Positions 17,442 to 26,550 are shown, numbered from the stretch's first letter. The stretch is DNA of 40,137 bases from Candidatus Hadarchaeota archaeon (GCA_040755315.1 JBFMBF010000011.1:1-40137); one strand, 5' to 3'. The notes: a model not told the origin generated them from the letters alone. Numbers and translations are program-made.

Positions 17442-17492
17442 AAGTAACGGATAACTTACCAGTCCGACGGCATTTGAGTATCTCGCTTCGAA
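17442..17492 (+). repeat. Partial upstream copy of the tRNA-like element (D-arm + CCAGTCCGAC + TTCGAA remnant)
   Basis: AAGT-AACGGATA-ACTT-A-CCAGTCCGAC versus GGGT-AACGGATA-ACCC-G-CCAGTCCGAC at 17520-17546. Confidence 0.75.
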
Positions 17493-17510
17493 GGGTAAAA
17501 GATTTTCGGC

Positions 17511-17604
17511 GGGCGTGTGGGGTAACGGATAACCCGCCAGTCCGACAGTCGCATCTGCGGCCGACAGCTGGAAATCCGGGTTCGAATCCCGGCGCGCCCT
17601 ACCA
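17511..17604 (+). ncRNA. tRNA-shaped RNA with no assignable anticodon (35-nt extended anticodon arm)
   Basis: Acceptor GGGCGTG/CGCGCCC, D-arm GGGT/ACCC with GG, T-arm CCGGG-TTCGAAT-CCCGG, 3' end TACCA. I found no intron removal that gives a 7-nt loop with U33 and a proper BHB. Confidence 0.8.
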
Positions 17605-17622
17605 CTCAAGGAGGTGATGTAG

Positions 17623-17799
17623 ATGCTGGAGCTTTACGAGTGTCCCAGAAAACACCGCTTCCTGCGCGCCCCAAGCGGCCAAGAGGAATCCATTCCCTGC
17701 GCGTACTGTCTGGAATCAGCGAAGTTGGCTGGTACATTTGACGAAGATCGCTTTGAATCCAGTGTGCTCGGTTCATCTTTGGACATGTTGCGGAGCTAG
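17623..17799 (+). CDS. 58-aa Zn-ribbon microprotein MLELYECPRKHRFLRAPSGQEESIPCAYCLESAKLAGTFDEDRFESSVLGSSLDMLRS
   Basis: Below the ORF-track cutoff; strong SD AGGAGGTGAT; CxxxH...CxxC ligand pattern. Confidence 0.75.
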   Translation: MLELYECPRKHRFLRAPSGQEESIPCAYCLESAKLAGTFDEDRFESSVLGSSLDMLRS

Positions 17800-17873
17800 A
17801 CAAGTTTCTGAAGCTGGGGAAAAGCGATGAGAACTTTGCCGAGAGCCGATCCTCAGCTTGAGCTCGGGCAGGT

Positions 17874-19175
17874 TCAGGAGACGATTTCAACTTTAACACC
17901 CAACACCTCGGACGCCTGCATTTCCAGCTCTGCCTTGTTTTCACTGACTCTATTCAGCGCCGCCTCTATCTCCTGATTAAATTGTCTGATGAGCGCCTGC
18001 GCCTGCTCCAAATCAGCTCGACGAGTTTCTATGGATTTTTCGATTTCGCTTCGGCGGAGGTGAGGTAACTTTTCCCAAGCGCTCAGCAGCTCTTCCCTTT
18101 TTAAATTCAATCCCCCAAGTTTTTCTCTTGACTTTTCAAGTGCTCCCGTCTCCAAGATTTCCCTTGCAGCCTCCGCCCGCCTCTTGCGCTCTTTCTCGTT
18201 CAAATCTATCTGGCCCCCATCTATGAATTCAACCATCTTTCGTAGCAGAGTTTTGACGGCTGAGAGCTTTTCTTCAGATGAGATTGCGGAAAGCGGATCC
18301 TGGATACACAGCTTCAGGATTACCACAATATCTCGGTCAATCGGATACTTGCCAGTCGCGACGACCTTCTCCATCTTTCTTAGGGGACGGCTCATGTTAG
18401 AAAAGACACCTTGAATTTCGTTCCTCACTTGGGCTGTTTCCTGATCGACATTTTTGATTTGTTCCCTGAGTGAATCTGCATTTTTGAAATCCACACTCCC
18501 AAGAAGCTGCTTCAAGCTGGCTTTCTCATCGTCCATTGAAATCTGCAGCTTTAGAATCTGTTCTTCCAATGATTTTACTTTGTTTTTCATTTCGTCGATG
18601 TAGCCGAGCAGCTCCGTCTGCGTCTGCACCTTCGCCGAGAGAGAATCGAGTGAGCGCATCTCTTTGAGAATATCTTGGATTGTGGTATGAATTTCTTTGG
18701 CGGTGTCATGAAGCGGCTTCAGGTAGAATGAGATTGGGTTAAACCTAGAGCCGAACACTGCCCTGATTTGTCTTGCGTGCGTTGCTATTGCGTTGGTTGT
18801 TTGGTTGACCATGTTCGTTAGCCTTTCATCAAGTGCGGCCAAAGATTCCGACGAGACTTCTTTTGGGTGGCGGAACTCCACGAGTGAGTGCATCATCTTT
18901 TCTATGAAAAGCCTTCGCGCCTCGAGCGACGACTTGTAAAGGCCAGGATGGATTTCCTCTGTAGCTTCTGCTTCTGAAAGGGTTTTGACCTCGTTCAACA
19001 GGGCTTTTCTCTCCCCAGCGAATCTGCCGAGCAACTGGCCCAACTTTGACTGGATTTCTATGAGCCTTTCTTTCCTGCGTTTTTGCGCCCTCTCCCCAAG
19101 CTCGGCGAGCGACAGCTTCTCGACCATCGGTTCCGGCGGCGGCGTTTTCTTGAAAACTCGTTTGAAGAACATCAT
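17874..19175 (-). CDS. Hypothetical coiled-coil protein
   Basis: Long E/K/L-rich heptad-like ORF; no recognisable catalytic motif. Confidence 0.75.
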   Translation of the reverse strand: MMFFKRVFKKTPPPEPMVEKLSLAELGERAQKRRKERLIEIQSKLGQLLGRFAGERKALLNEVKTLSEAEATEEIHPGLYKSSLEARRLFIEKMMHSLVEFRHPKEVSSESLAALDERLTNMVNQTTNAIATHARQIRAVFGSRFNPISFYLKPLHDTAKEIHTTIQDILKEMRSLDSLSAKVQTQTELLGYIDEMKNKVKSLEEQILKLQISMDDEKASLKQLLGSVDFKNADSLREQIKNVDQETAQVRNEIQGVFSNMSRPLRKMEKVVATGKYPIDRDIVVILKLCIQDPLSAISSEEKLSAVKTLLRKMVEFIDGGQIDLNEKERKRRAEAAREILETGALEKSREKLGGLNLKREELLSAWEKLPHLRRSEIEKSIETRRADLEQAQALIRQFNQEIEAALNRVSENKAELEMQASEVLGVKVEIVS

Positions 19176-19313
19176 CTCACAGATAGTTGGTTGACGCGCT
19201 GGTTTAAATCCAGCATGCGGCCGAAGATAATGAAAGTGGTGATTAATTTTTAACAAAAAATATTCATAACTTTATAAACACCGAGCGCAATTAAGCAATG
19301 AGGTTGACTGGAA

Positions 19314-19925
19314 ATGGAAAAAATGCAGCTGTATGCACTGCCTGGCCTTCCATACGATTACAAAGACCTTGAGCCGCACATGTCAGAGGAGCAACTCAGG
19401 ATACACCACGACAAGCACCACCAGGCATACGTGAAGAACGCGAACGCGATTTTTGAAAATCTTGCAAAATCCAGAAAAGAGGGGACCGATCTGGACATGA
19501 AATCCACATTGAAATCCCTCGCTTTCAATGCCAGCGGGCACGTTCTGCACTCGCTTTTTTGGCCAAACATGGCGCCAGCTGGGAGGGGTGGGGGGAAGCC
19601 TGGCGGGGCCCTCGGCGATATTTTGGACAAGGAGTTCGGCGGGTTTGAGAGGTTCAAGAAGGAATTCACTCAGGCTGCCGTGAGCGCGGAGGGCTCGGGA
19701 TGGGCTGCGCTGACGTTAGACAGTTTGACAAAGGGGCCGCAGATAATGCAGATAGAAAAACACAACGTCAACATTTACCCTGGGTTCGCGGTTCTTATGG
19801 TGCTGGATGTATGGGAGCATGCTTATTATATAGACTACAAGAACATGAGGGACAAGTTCGTCGAGGCCTTCTGGAACATCGTAAACTGGGACGAAATCAA
19901 TAAAAGGCTTGAAAGAGCCACCTGA
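19314..19925 (+). CDS. sod: Fe/Mn superoxide dismutase
   Basis: [39 protein letters not shown] promoter near 19271. Confidence 0.97.
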   Translation: MEKMQLYALPGLPYDYKDLEPHMSEEQLRIHHDKHHQAYVKNANAIFENLAKSRKEGTDLDMKSTLKSLAFNASGHVLHSLFWPNMAPAGRGGGKPGGALGDILDKEFGGFERFKKEFTQAAVSAEGSGWAALTLDSLTKGPQIMQIEKHNVNIYPGFAVLMVLDVWEHAYYIDYKNMRDKFVEAFWNIVNWDEINKRLERAT

Positions 19926-19998
19926 AAACTTCCCGCGCTTCTCTTGCTAAACCACGGCCGCCAGCATTATTAACCAAGATGGAGATAGAGTTACATGT

Positions 19999-20039
19999 CG
20001 GCGAGCTGGTGGGCGACCGTCGGGTGAAAGCATGAGGAA
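19999..20039 (+). repeat. Direct repeat of the RNase P RNA 5' end (matches 20622-20662, 40/41 identical)
   Basis: cggcgagctggtgggcgaccgtcgggtgaaagc(a/c)tgaggaa occurs twice, 623 bp apart. Confidence 0.95.
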
Positions 20040-20041
20040 TG

Positions 20042-20080
20042 CGAAAGGTTTAAATTATTGCAGGCTATAGTGTTCTATAG
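20042..20080 (+). promoter_or_regulatory. BRE-TATA promoter (CGAAAGG-TTTAAAT) with candidate operator CTATAG-N4-CTATAG of the TA operon
   Basis: Archaeal promoter geometry; two palindromic hexamers lie near the expected start site. Confidence 0.6.
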
Positions 20081-20086
20081 AGTGCT

Positions 20087-20317
20087 ATGGCAACTACAAT
20101 CCAAGTTGAAGAAAGGGTAAGAGCTAAGTTAGAGGAGATCAAAATGCACCCCAGAGAACCGTATTCCAGAGTCATAGAACGTCTAATCACATATTGCGGC
20201 GAAGAGGGAGAATTGAGCCCCGAAACCATAAAAAACATTGAGACGGCTTTGGAGGATGTCAAAAAAGGCAGGACTTACTCCACCAAAGATGCAAAGCGGA
20301 AACTGGGAATCAGATGA
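20087..20317 (+). CDS. Antitoxin (RHH-like, RelB partner)
   Basis: MATTIQV...L...K..PREPY..VIERL; C-terminal ALEDVKKGRTYS..AKRKLG; ATGA overlap with the toxin. Confidence 0.85.
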   Translation: MATTIQVEERVRAKLEEIKMHPREPYSRVIERLITYCGEEGELSPETIKNIETALEDVKKGRTYSTKDAKRKLGIR

Positions 20318-20571
20318 AATATGAAGTCAGATGGACCGAAGCCTCGCTCAGACAGCTGAAGAAGTTGGATAAGCGCACGGCCGGGAGAATTTTTGACAAG
20401 GTTGAGTCGATATCCCAAAACCCATTTGCATATGTTCAAAAATTGATGGGGCTCGGACTTTACAGGTTGAGGGTTGGGGAATACAGGGTAATTGTGAGCA
20501 TCGAGAGAAAGAAAATGGTAGTGTTCGTTCTGGAAGTCGGACACAGAAGCGTGGTCTATCGGAAGTATTGA
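20314..20571 (+). CDS. relE: RelE/ParE-family toxin
   Basis: YEV.WT...RQLKKLD, YRLRVGEYRVI, VGHRSVVY. Confidence 0.93.
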   Translation: MKYEVRWTEASLRQLKKLDKRTAGRIFDKVESISQNPFAYVQKLMGLGLYRLRVGEYRVIVSIERKKMVVFVLEVGHRSVVYRKY

Positions 20572-20619
20572 AGGCCACTCGTGCCAACGCTCTTAAACAA
20601 AGAAAAACAAGATTTCATT

Positions 20620-20916
20620 GCCGGCGAGCTGGTGGGCGACCGTCGGGTGAAAGCCTGAGGAAACTCCTCCCATCCGGCAGGACCGCAACCCCGAAAGGGA
20701 CCGGCTGAGAGGCCGGAACGGCGGAACAGAAACGATACCCCTCGGCCTGCGTGCGAGGATGCGGGAACGCTGAGGTCGGGTCAAAGGGGATGAAACGGCC
20801 GCCGCGCGGGATGCAAGGGCAAATTTCCGCCTACGAACGCCTGCCTGAGGCGGGTGGTAGCCTGCTAAGCTGAATGTCGCCTAAAACAGAAGGAGGGTTA
20901 CGGCCAGCACGCCAGC
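20620..20916 (+). ncRNA. rnpB: RNase P RNA (archaeal type A)
   Basis: CR-I GAGGAAACTCCTCCC, ACAGAAA, TGAAAC, CR-V AAACAGAAGGAGGGTTA; terminal P1 pairing; P6-like GGCAGG/CCTGCC; P8/P9-like hairpins. Confidence 0.95.
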
Positions 20917-20920
20917 GCCA

Positions 20921-21502
20921 TTATTTAGATACGAACCGATTCCCTTGGAGGAAAAACCGAAGCTCTCTTTTCAAATCCGCGCTTACGCCAATCCTGTGCG
21001 AGCGCGATATCTTGAATTCACCAGGCACGCCTTCAACAATTTTAAGGGCGCGCGATTTTGTTAAGTCAATCTTGTGGTCCCCGTAGGTTATCCCCATCGC
21101 CTGCGTCAGCCTCCCCGGCCCGGAAGCGAGCAGCCTAATATCATCCACGCGCCTCCGCTTTTTCATGAGCTCGATACCATCCAAAGGCTCAAGAGCCCTG
21201 ACCAAAGCTGCCCCCGGCACACCCTCCCGGTCGGCCGTGACGTTGAACATCCAGTTGTTGTGCACCATGTAAATGAAGGCAAACCCCCCGCACCACCACA
21301 TCAGCTCGTTCAGCTTCGTCCGTTTCCTAGATGCCCTTGACGCCGGGTCCCCCTTCCCAAAGTAGGCCTCCGTCTCCACTATTTTTCCAGAAGTCCTTCC
21401 CTCCGGAGTCCTGTGCACCAAAACCTTCCCAAGAAGCTCTCGGGCCACCATCGCCGGGTCTCGCTCGTAAAAACCCCGTTGAAGCGCCTTCATTCTTCTC
21501 AT
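20921..21502 (-). CDS. mpg: 3-methyladenine DNA glycosylase (MPG/AAG family)
   Basis: VARELLGK, IVETEAY, LVRALEP, GPGRLTQAMGI, RIGVS. Confidence 0.93.
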   Translation of the reverse strand: MRRMKALQRGFYERDPAMVARELLGKVLVHRTPEGRTSGKIVETEAYFGKGDPASRASRKRTKLNELMWWCGGFAFIYMVHNNWMFNVTADREGVPGAALVRALEPLDGIELMKKRRRVDDIRLLASGPGRLTQAMGITYGDHKIDLTKSRALKIVEGVPGEFKISRSHRIGVSADLKRELRFFLQGNRFVSK

Positions 21503-21561
21503 TCCAGAGTTCGGGGAGAAGGTTAAAAAGAACTTTGACAGATTAAGCTTGGAGGTTTTGA

Positions 21562-22224
21562 ATGAAGCTGGACCCAAAGGTGAGGGAAAAGTACCCTGAG
21601 TTCATCGCTGGCTACGTGCGCGTCAGCGGCGTGACCATGGAGCAGACTGTTGAAGCGCTCGTCGAGAGGAAGCGCGAGGTCTTCAGCGACCTGAAAACCA
21701 AGTACGGAGCCGTCAACGTCTTGGAAATCCCGGAGGCCAAGGCCTACCGCTCTTTCTTCAAGCAGATGGGCGCCGACCCATCGAGCTACCGCCCAGCGCC
21801 GGAGTTTCTTCTTAGAAGGGCGCTGGACGACAGGTTCCCGACCATAAACAACATCGTTGACGTCTCGCTTCTAACCACGGTGGAGCACTGGATCTCGACT
21901 GGAGTCTACGACATCCTGAAAATGAAGGGCGAAGCCAAGACCACTCTCGCGGAGAAGCCTGAACCGATCGAGCTGATTGACGGAAGGAAGTTAATTACCA
22001 AAGCGGGTGAGGTCATCCTGAGGGACGACCAAAAGATACTTTCTGCATACACCCTCGGAGACTCCAAGTTTGCGAAGATAAGTCACGAGGCATCATCTGT
22101 GCTTTACGCCCTCTGGAACGCCCCGGGGGTAGGTCGCGATCGAATGGAGGCCGCGATAAACTCCCTGAGCAGGTACGCCCGGAAGTTCTGCGGCGGGCAT
22201 GTTGACAGTGCAGAAATAATTTAG
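21562..22224 (+). CDS. Free-standing B3/B4 (PheRS-beta editing-like) domain protein
   Basis: YRSFF..MG.DP...RPA.E.LLRR, PTINNIVD, GVYD, GEVILRDD. Confidence 0.85.
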   Translation: MKLDPKVREKYPEFIAGYVRVSGVTMEQTVEALVERKREVFSDLKTKYGAVNVLEIPEAKAYRSFFKQMGADPSSYRPAPEFLLRRALDDRFPTINNIVDVSLLTTVEHWISTGVYDILKMKGEAKTTLAEKPEPIELIDGRKLITKAGEVILRDDQKILSAYTLGDSKFAKISHEASSVLYALWNAPGVGRDRMEAAINSLSRYARKFCGGHVDSAEII

Positions 22225-22233
22225 GGCGGCAAT

Positions 22234-22443
22234 ATGGAGCAGCTGACTTGGCTCGGCATAGCCCTCATGCTCATCGGCGCGGCTTTGGTGGTCCTGCCAA
22301 TCATCGGGAAGTATGTTGACTTCTCACAGGTCCCGTCATGGCTCATTTACATTTACCACAGCGACGGCTTTTACTTCGCCACTTCCCCGCTGTTGCTGGC
22401 GCTATCCATCCTATCGGTCATCATCTTCCTTTTGAGAAGGTGA
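22234..22443 (+). CDS. Small two-TM membrane protein (DUF2905-like)
   Basis: 69 aa, two hydrophobic helices around FYFATSP. Confidence 0.65.
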   Translation: MEQLTWLGIALMLIGAALVVLPIIGKYVDFSQVPSWLIYIYHSDGFYFATSPLLLALSILSVIIFLLRR

Positions 22444-22481
22444 GCGACCAGATTTATGTTGCCGAGTGGTTGTTGTTGGTG

Positions 22482-23693
22482 ATGTCTCCAGTGGAACCGT
22501 TCAAGATGGGCGCGGTCCTCCTGAACTCTGGCGGGGGCTGGACCAAAGAAGAGTCCGTCATCCTCATGGAGTGCCCAAGCACGACGCTCAGCTTCCAAGG
22601 AGAGGCTTCTGTCCTGAGGTCTGGGAAGAAACTAGTGAAGGTTCAGGGCTCTCCGCTGCCCCTGCTGGAGGAAAAGCTCCGCCAAGGCTACTTCGCCGTG
22701 GGTTACATCAGCTACGAGTTCTTCTGGTCCATCCTGCAAGGGTTCAGAACCAGCCGAATGAAAGATGGGCTGAGGCCGCCGGTCGCCAACTTCATGTTTT
22801 TTGAAAAGGATGCGATTCTCAGGGAAAAGCTGGAAAGATGGCTGGAATTAACTGAGACCCCAAAAGCTCGCCATGGACGCCCGCCTCGCCCAAACATGAC
22901 AAAGCCGGCTTTTGCCAAGATGGTCGAGAAGGCCCGGCGGTACATAGCGAGGGGAGACATCTACCAAGTCAACCTTTCCCAGCGCTTCGACACGCCGTTC
23001 AAAATCCAGCCCGAACAATTCCTTTCAAAGCTCTACCGAGCCCAGCCCACACCATACTCCTGCTGCCTGGACTTCGGAGAGTTTCAGCTGCTGAGCGGCT
23101 CCATGGAACTGTTCCTGCGGAAGACCGGCAGGAAGATCGTGACCAAGCCGATAAAGGGTACAAGGAGGCGGGGAAAAAACACGTTGGAGGACGCAAAACT
23201 CCGGGGGGAGCTGCTGAAAAGCGAGAAGGAGCGGGCGGAGAACCTCATGATAGTTGACCTGATGAGAAACGACTTGAGCCGGGTGTGCGAGGCGGGAAGC
23301 GTCAGGGTGAATAGGCTGTTCGAGGTGGAGCCGTACACCACGCTTTACCAGCTGGTGTCGGAAGTCGAGGGAAAGCTTGAGGAGAAAACAACGATAAACG
23401 ACATCTTTGAAGCAACTTTCCCGCCGGGCTCGGTCACCGGAGCGCCAAAGGTCAGGGCGATGGAAATAATAGACGAGCTGGAGCCGCACTTTCGAGGGCC
23501 ATACTGCGGGGCAATCGGATTTTTCAAACCTGACGGGGACTTCACGCTGAGCGTCGCCATCCGCGTCCTTCTAGCATCTCACGGTGTGGGCACATTCTGG
23601 GTGGGCGGAGGGATAACTTGGGGCTCCGTGCCAGGGCAGGAATACGAGGAAACTCTGGTAAAGGCGCGGGCGATGATGAAGGCGCTTCCATGA
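22482..23693 (+). CDS. pabB: Aminodeoxychorismate/anthranilate synthase component I family
   Basis: [47 protein letters not shown]; precedes a class IV aminotransferase. Confidence 0.85.
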   Translation: MSPVEPFKMGAVLLNSGGGWTKEESVILMECPSTTLSFQGEASVLRSGKKLVKVQGSPLPLLEEKLRQGYFAVGYISYEFFWSILQGFRTSRMKDGLRPPVANFMFFEKDAILREKLERWLELTETPKARHGRPPRPNMTKPAFAKMVEKARRYIARGDIYQVNLSQRFDTPFKIQPEQFLSKLYRAQPTPYSCCLDFGEFQLLSGSMELFLRKTGRKIVTKPIKGTRRRGKNTLEDAKLRGELLKSEKERAENLMIVDLMRNDLSRVCEAGSVRVNRLFEVEPYTTLYQLVSEVEGKLEEKTTINDIFEATFPPGSVTGAPKVRAMEIIDELEPHFRGPYCGAIGFFKPDGDFTLSVAIRVLLASHGVGTFWVGGGITWGSVPGQEYEETLVKARAMMKALP

Positions 23694-23855
23694 TGATTCC
23701 GCGAAGGCGCTCACAAGAACTTTTTATAAAAAAATAGAAAATTAATTATTGTCAGAGGTGTATCCTACCCAGATTGGACCACGGGGCCGACTTGCCTCTA
23801 GGCGATTTTTGTGTGGAGGTGATTTATAAGGAAGAAAACTCTGGTTATCCACGAT

Positions 23856-24695
23856 GTGATGGCCGCCAACCAGCCGACCAAAAAATCGGAAATCATCTAT
23901 CAGTATGGAAAACCGCTTGAGGATGTTCTGCCACTGAGGGCCCTTTTTTACGCTGAGGGGCTTTTCGAAACATTCAGGTGGAAAAACGTCCCCCCCGCAC
24001 TTCTGAAAGATCACGTCACGCGCATGAAGCGTGGGGCTGAGCTGCTTTGCATCCCTTTCCCCGGCGCAGAGAAGATAAGAAAAGCTGCAGAGACGGCCGT
24101 CAAGTTGTCCGGCATTGAAGACGCGTATGTTAAGATCTGCCTCCTCTCTTCTGGCTCTCTGAAGTTCTACGACAGGGCCAGCCGCAGCCGACTTTTGATA
24201 GTGGTCAGGAAATATGAACCAACAAAAGAGCGCATGACGGCCCATGTCACCTCATTCAGGCGGTTCTCTCAATCGCGCCTCCTGTCCATAAAATCTTTGA
24301 ACTACTTGGAAAACATGCTCGCGCGGAGGGAAGCAAAAAGCGCGGGCTGCGATGAGGCAATTTTCCTGAACGAGAAAGGGGAAGTGGCGGAGGGGAGCTT
24401 CACAAACATCTTCTGGGTCAAAGGTAGGACACTCTACACGCCTTCGCTCGAGTGCGGGCTACTGCCGGGAATAACGAGGGGGGCGCTGCTCTCGCTCGCT
24501 CCTGGACTTGAGCTGAAAGTGGTACAGGGAAAATTTCATTTGAAGGAAGTTTTATCGTCTCAAGGAGCCTTCCTGACCAACTCTTTGATTGGGATTTCAA
24601 CCATCACTGCTGTGGACAAAACAAAACTGCCATGCGATGAAAAACTCTTCATGAAGCTAAAAGATGCCCTTTTCAAAAAAATGAAATGGGTTTAG
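23856..24695 (+). CDS. pabC: Class IV PLP enzyme, probable 4-amino-4-deoxychorismate lyase
   Basis: GLFET, KSLNYL, EGSFTN, LPGITR, TNSL. Confidence 0.8.
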   Translation: MMAANQPTKKSEIIYQYGKPLEDVLPLRALFYAEGLFETFRWKNVPPALLKDHVTRMKRGAELLCIPFPGAEKIRKAAETAVKLSGIEDAYVKICLLSSGSLKFYDRASRSRLLIVVRKYEPTKERMTAHVTSFRRFSQSRLLSIKSLNYLENMLARREAKSAGCDEAIFLNEKGEVAEGSFTNIFWVKGRTLYTPSLECGLLPGITRGALLSLAPGLELKVVQGKFHLKEVLSSQGAFLTNSLIGISTITAVDKTKLPCDEKLFMKLKDALFKKMKWV

Positions 24696-25222
24696 ATTTG
24701 CGAGTTGTTTAATTCAGTAGTGTTCAAAGTTTTTAAAACTAAACTAGCAAAACCAAAAACACGGGGCAAGTCAAACCACAAACACTAAAACCGAAACAAA
24801 AAGTTGAATTTGAGATATTAAAAAAACCGAATGGAAAAATGGAGTTTGAAATAATAGGACCTAAGGAAGTTTTGAATTTTGAAATCCTAGAAAAAAACAA
24901 ATAAGGATTAGTAATGACCATGACAACATCTCCATACTCCAAAAGACAAATAGTGACGGACCGGAATTAGGCAAATCTGTGAAAACTCAGCAACGGTTCA
25001 ACGTATTCCATGAATCTTCTATGCTTTAGGCTGGACAAGTTGGCTCCCTTGTCCAATGTAAATTTGAATCATTCCTTCAGTACACGCCACTCCCGCGCGA
25101 CCTCGGCGATTGCTGGTCTCCACTCGACGAAGACCTCCATCGCACGGTGTCTTGAACTCCATTGGACAAACCTAGGCTTGGAAACGCTTCTCCCCACGCA
25201 CCTGATTTTCTCAGCCTCAATT

Positions 25223-25555
25223 CTATCTGTTCGGTTCAACCCAACCCTCCTTCCACATTTCAAGAAGCACCTCGTTGACAAGACCAAGGTCTATCTGCAA
25301 AGCGTTGCTTATTTCGTCCGCCCAAACTCGTTCTTTGCCTCTTAAGTAACTTTGAACTTCTTTTCTCGCCTGCGCTTTACTCACCTGCCGGTATGCAACA
25401 ACTTCCAATCCACGGATGTACTCGGCGTAGTTTTTTATCGCTTCCCTTACCGCCTCGGCTTTTGAAATTCTGAGTTTTTCAGCAATAGCTTTCAAATCAT
25501 CTGCTCTCTCCGTCAGGTCTACGGGATATACAAGCCGGCCAGATTTCGTCGCCAT
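25223..25555 (-). CDS. RHH (CopG-like) plus winged-helix DNA-binding protein
   Basis: LKAIAEKLRISKAEAVREAI (RHH); C-terminal EISNALQIDLGLVNEVLLEMWKEGWV (wHTH-like). Confidence 0.75.
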   Translation of the reverse strand: MATKSGRLVYPVDLTERADDLKAIAEKLRISKAEAVREAIKNYAEYIRGLEVVAYRQVSKAQARKEVQSYLRGKERVWADEISNALQIDLGLVNEVLLEMWKEGWVEPNR

Positions 25556-25672
25556 GTTATCAAAGTATAATTGGTATATATTTGTATAAATATCCTCCGA
25601 CGCGTTTGCTAGTTTTGCCATATGTTCCCGCGAAGCTTTGGGTGAAGGCGGTGTTTAAACAAGAAAAAATGG

Positions 25673-26017
25673 TTATCGTTTCTCTTTGGTTTTCAAGATG
25701 GCTTCCGCGATGTCCCCGTTGCTTTCCTTCAAGGCCTGAACGGCGGCCTCACGCCCGACGCCACCTTGCTCCATGACGAGCCTCACGTCATCCTCCGACG
25801 GCCCGGCCTCGACCTTCCTCTCAATCTCCCGCCCGGTCACCTGGTAGCTCCTCTGCCCCCCCATCTCCGTGAGGACCACCTGCGCGCCGGGAATCACTAT
25901 CTCCCTGTCCGCCATCTTTATCGCGACCTCCTTGACTCCCTCAAGCTCCTGGGTCTTGATGCCCATCTGCTTCATCATCCGCTCCATCTGCCGCGGGTCA
26001 ATTTTTCTCGGAAACAT
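25673..26017 (-). CDS. nac: Nascent polypeptide-associated complex protein
   Basis: DPRQMERMMKQMGI, YQVTG, UBA-like DDVRLVMEQ...GDIAEAI. Confidence 0.95.
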   Translation of the reverse strand: MFPRKIDPRQMERMMKQMGIKTQELEGVKEVAIKMADREIVIPGAQVVLTEMGGQRSYQVTGREIERKVEAGPSEDDVRLVMEQGGVGREAAVQALKESNGDIAEAILKTKEKR

Positions 26018-26550
26018 CACTTAACCTTCTTCATGAGCTCTTTTAGCTTGTTCTTTACGCCGAGTTTTGACGCCCAACTTTCCATGCGCCTGACGTCTAG
26101 TATCCCCTTTTGCCTCATCAGCACCGCCGCGGCGTCCACGATGTCCTTCGCCCCTCCAATTGCTAGTTTTTGGAGCACCAGGTCCTCGGGTGAAGCTATC
26201 CAGACATTCACCCCGAAAATGTGGGCCTTCATTCCCCTCTTGACCAATTCCACCTCGTGCTCGGTCCTGACCAGCAAGAATTCAACCCTGTACCCCTCGT
26301 CAGACTCCACAACAAGCTTCCCTGTCTCCATGGTTCCGAATGGCTGCTCTATTTTTCTGAACCCTGCGGCGACCACCAGCCTAGTCAACTCTTTTATTTC
26401 TGCCCGATTGGCGACGACCATCACGTCAATGTCCCTTGTGGAGCGCGCGAGTCCGTGGTAGCCTGCCGCCAGCGCCCCCACAAAAGCATGCGGGAGCCCG
26501 GCACGCGACATCATGCGAGCCACGCGTATCACAATTTCCTTGTAAGCCAT
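26017..26550 (-). CDS. AbiEii/MenT-like nucleotidyltransferase (putative toxin)
   Basis: VGALA...HG..RSTRDID, SPEDLVLQK, KDIVD. Confidence 0.8.
   Translation of the reverse strand: MAYKEIVIRVARMMSRAGLPHAFVGALAAGYHGLARSTRDIDVMVVANRAEIKELTRLVVAAGFRKIEQPFGTMETGKLVVESDEGYRVEFLLVRTEHEVELVKRGMKAHIFGVNVWIASPEDLVLQKLAIGGAKDIVDAAAVLMRQKGILDVRRMESWASKLGVKNKLKELMKKVK

Noticed and set aside
17511..17604. Assignment as tRNA-Val(GAC), Arg(GCG), Arg(CCG) or Asp(GTC)
   Set aside because: Val needs C33 and has no BHB helix; Arg(GCG) needs a 5-nt second intron; CCG and GTC cannot be centred in a 7-nt loop on the CCAGT/GCTGG stem.
17874..19175. Rad50/SMC identity for the coiled-coil protein
   Set aside because: No Walker A/B, signature motif or CxxC hook.
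20593..20784. 63-aa minus ORF
   Set aside because: Antisense to the RNase P RNA.
24800..24900. Three spaced ga(a/g)tttga(a/g)at motifs resembling a degenerate CRISPR array
   Set aside because: Units are too short and variable, the period is only about 33-36 nt, and no cas genes or leader are present; better explained as a repeated (E/N)FEI peptide in a gene fragment.
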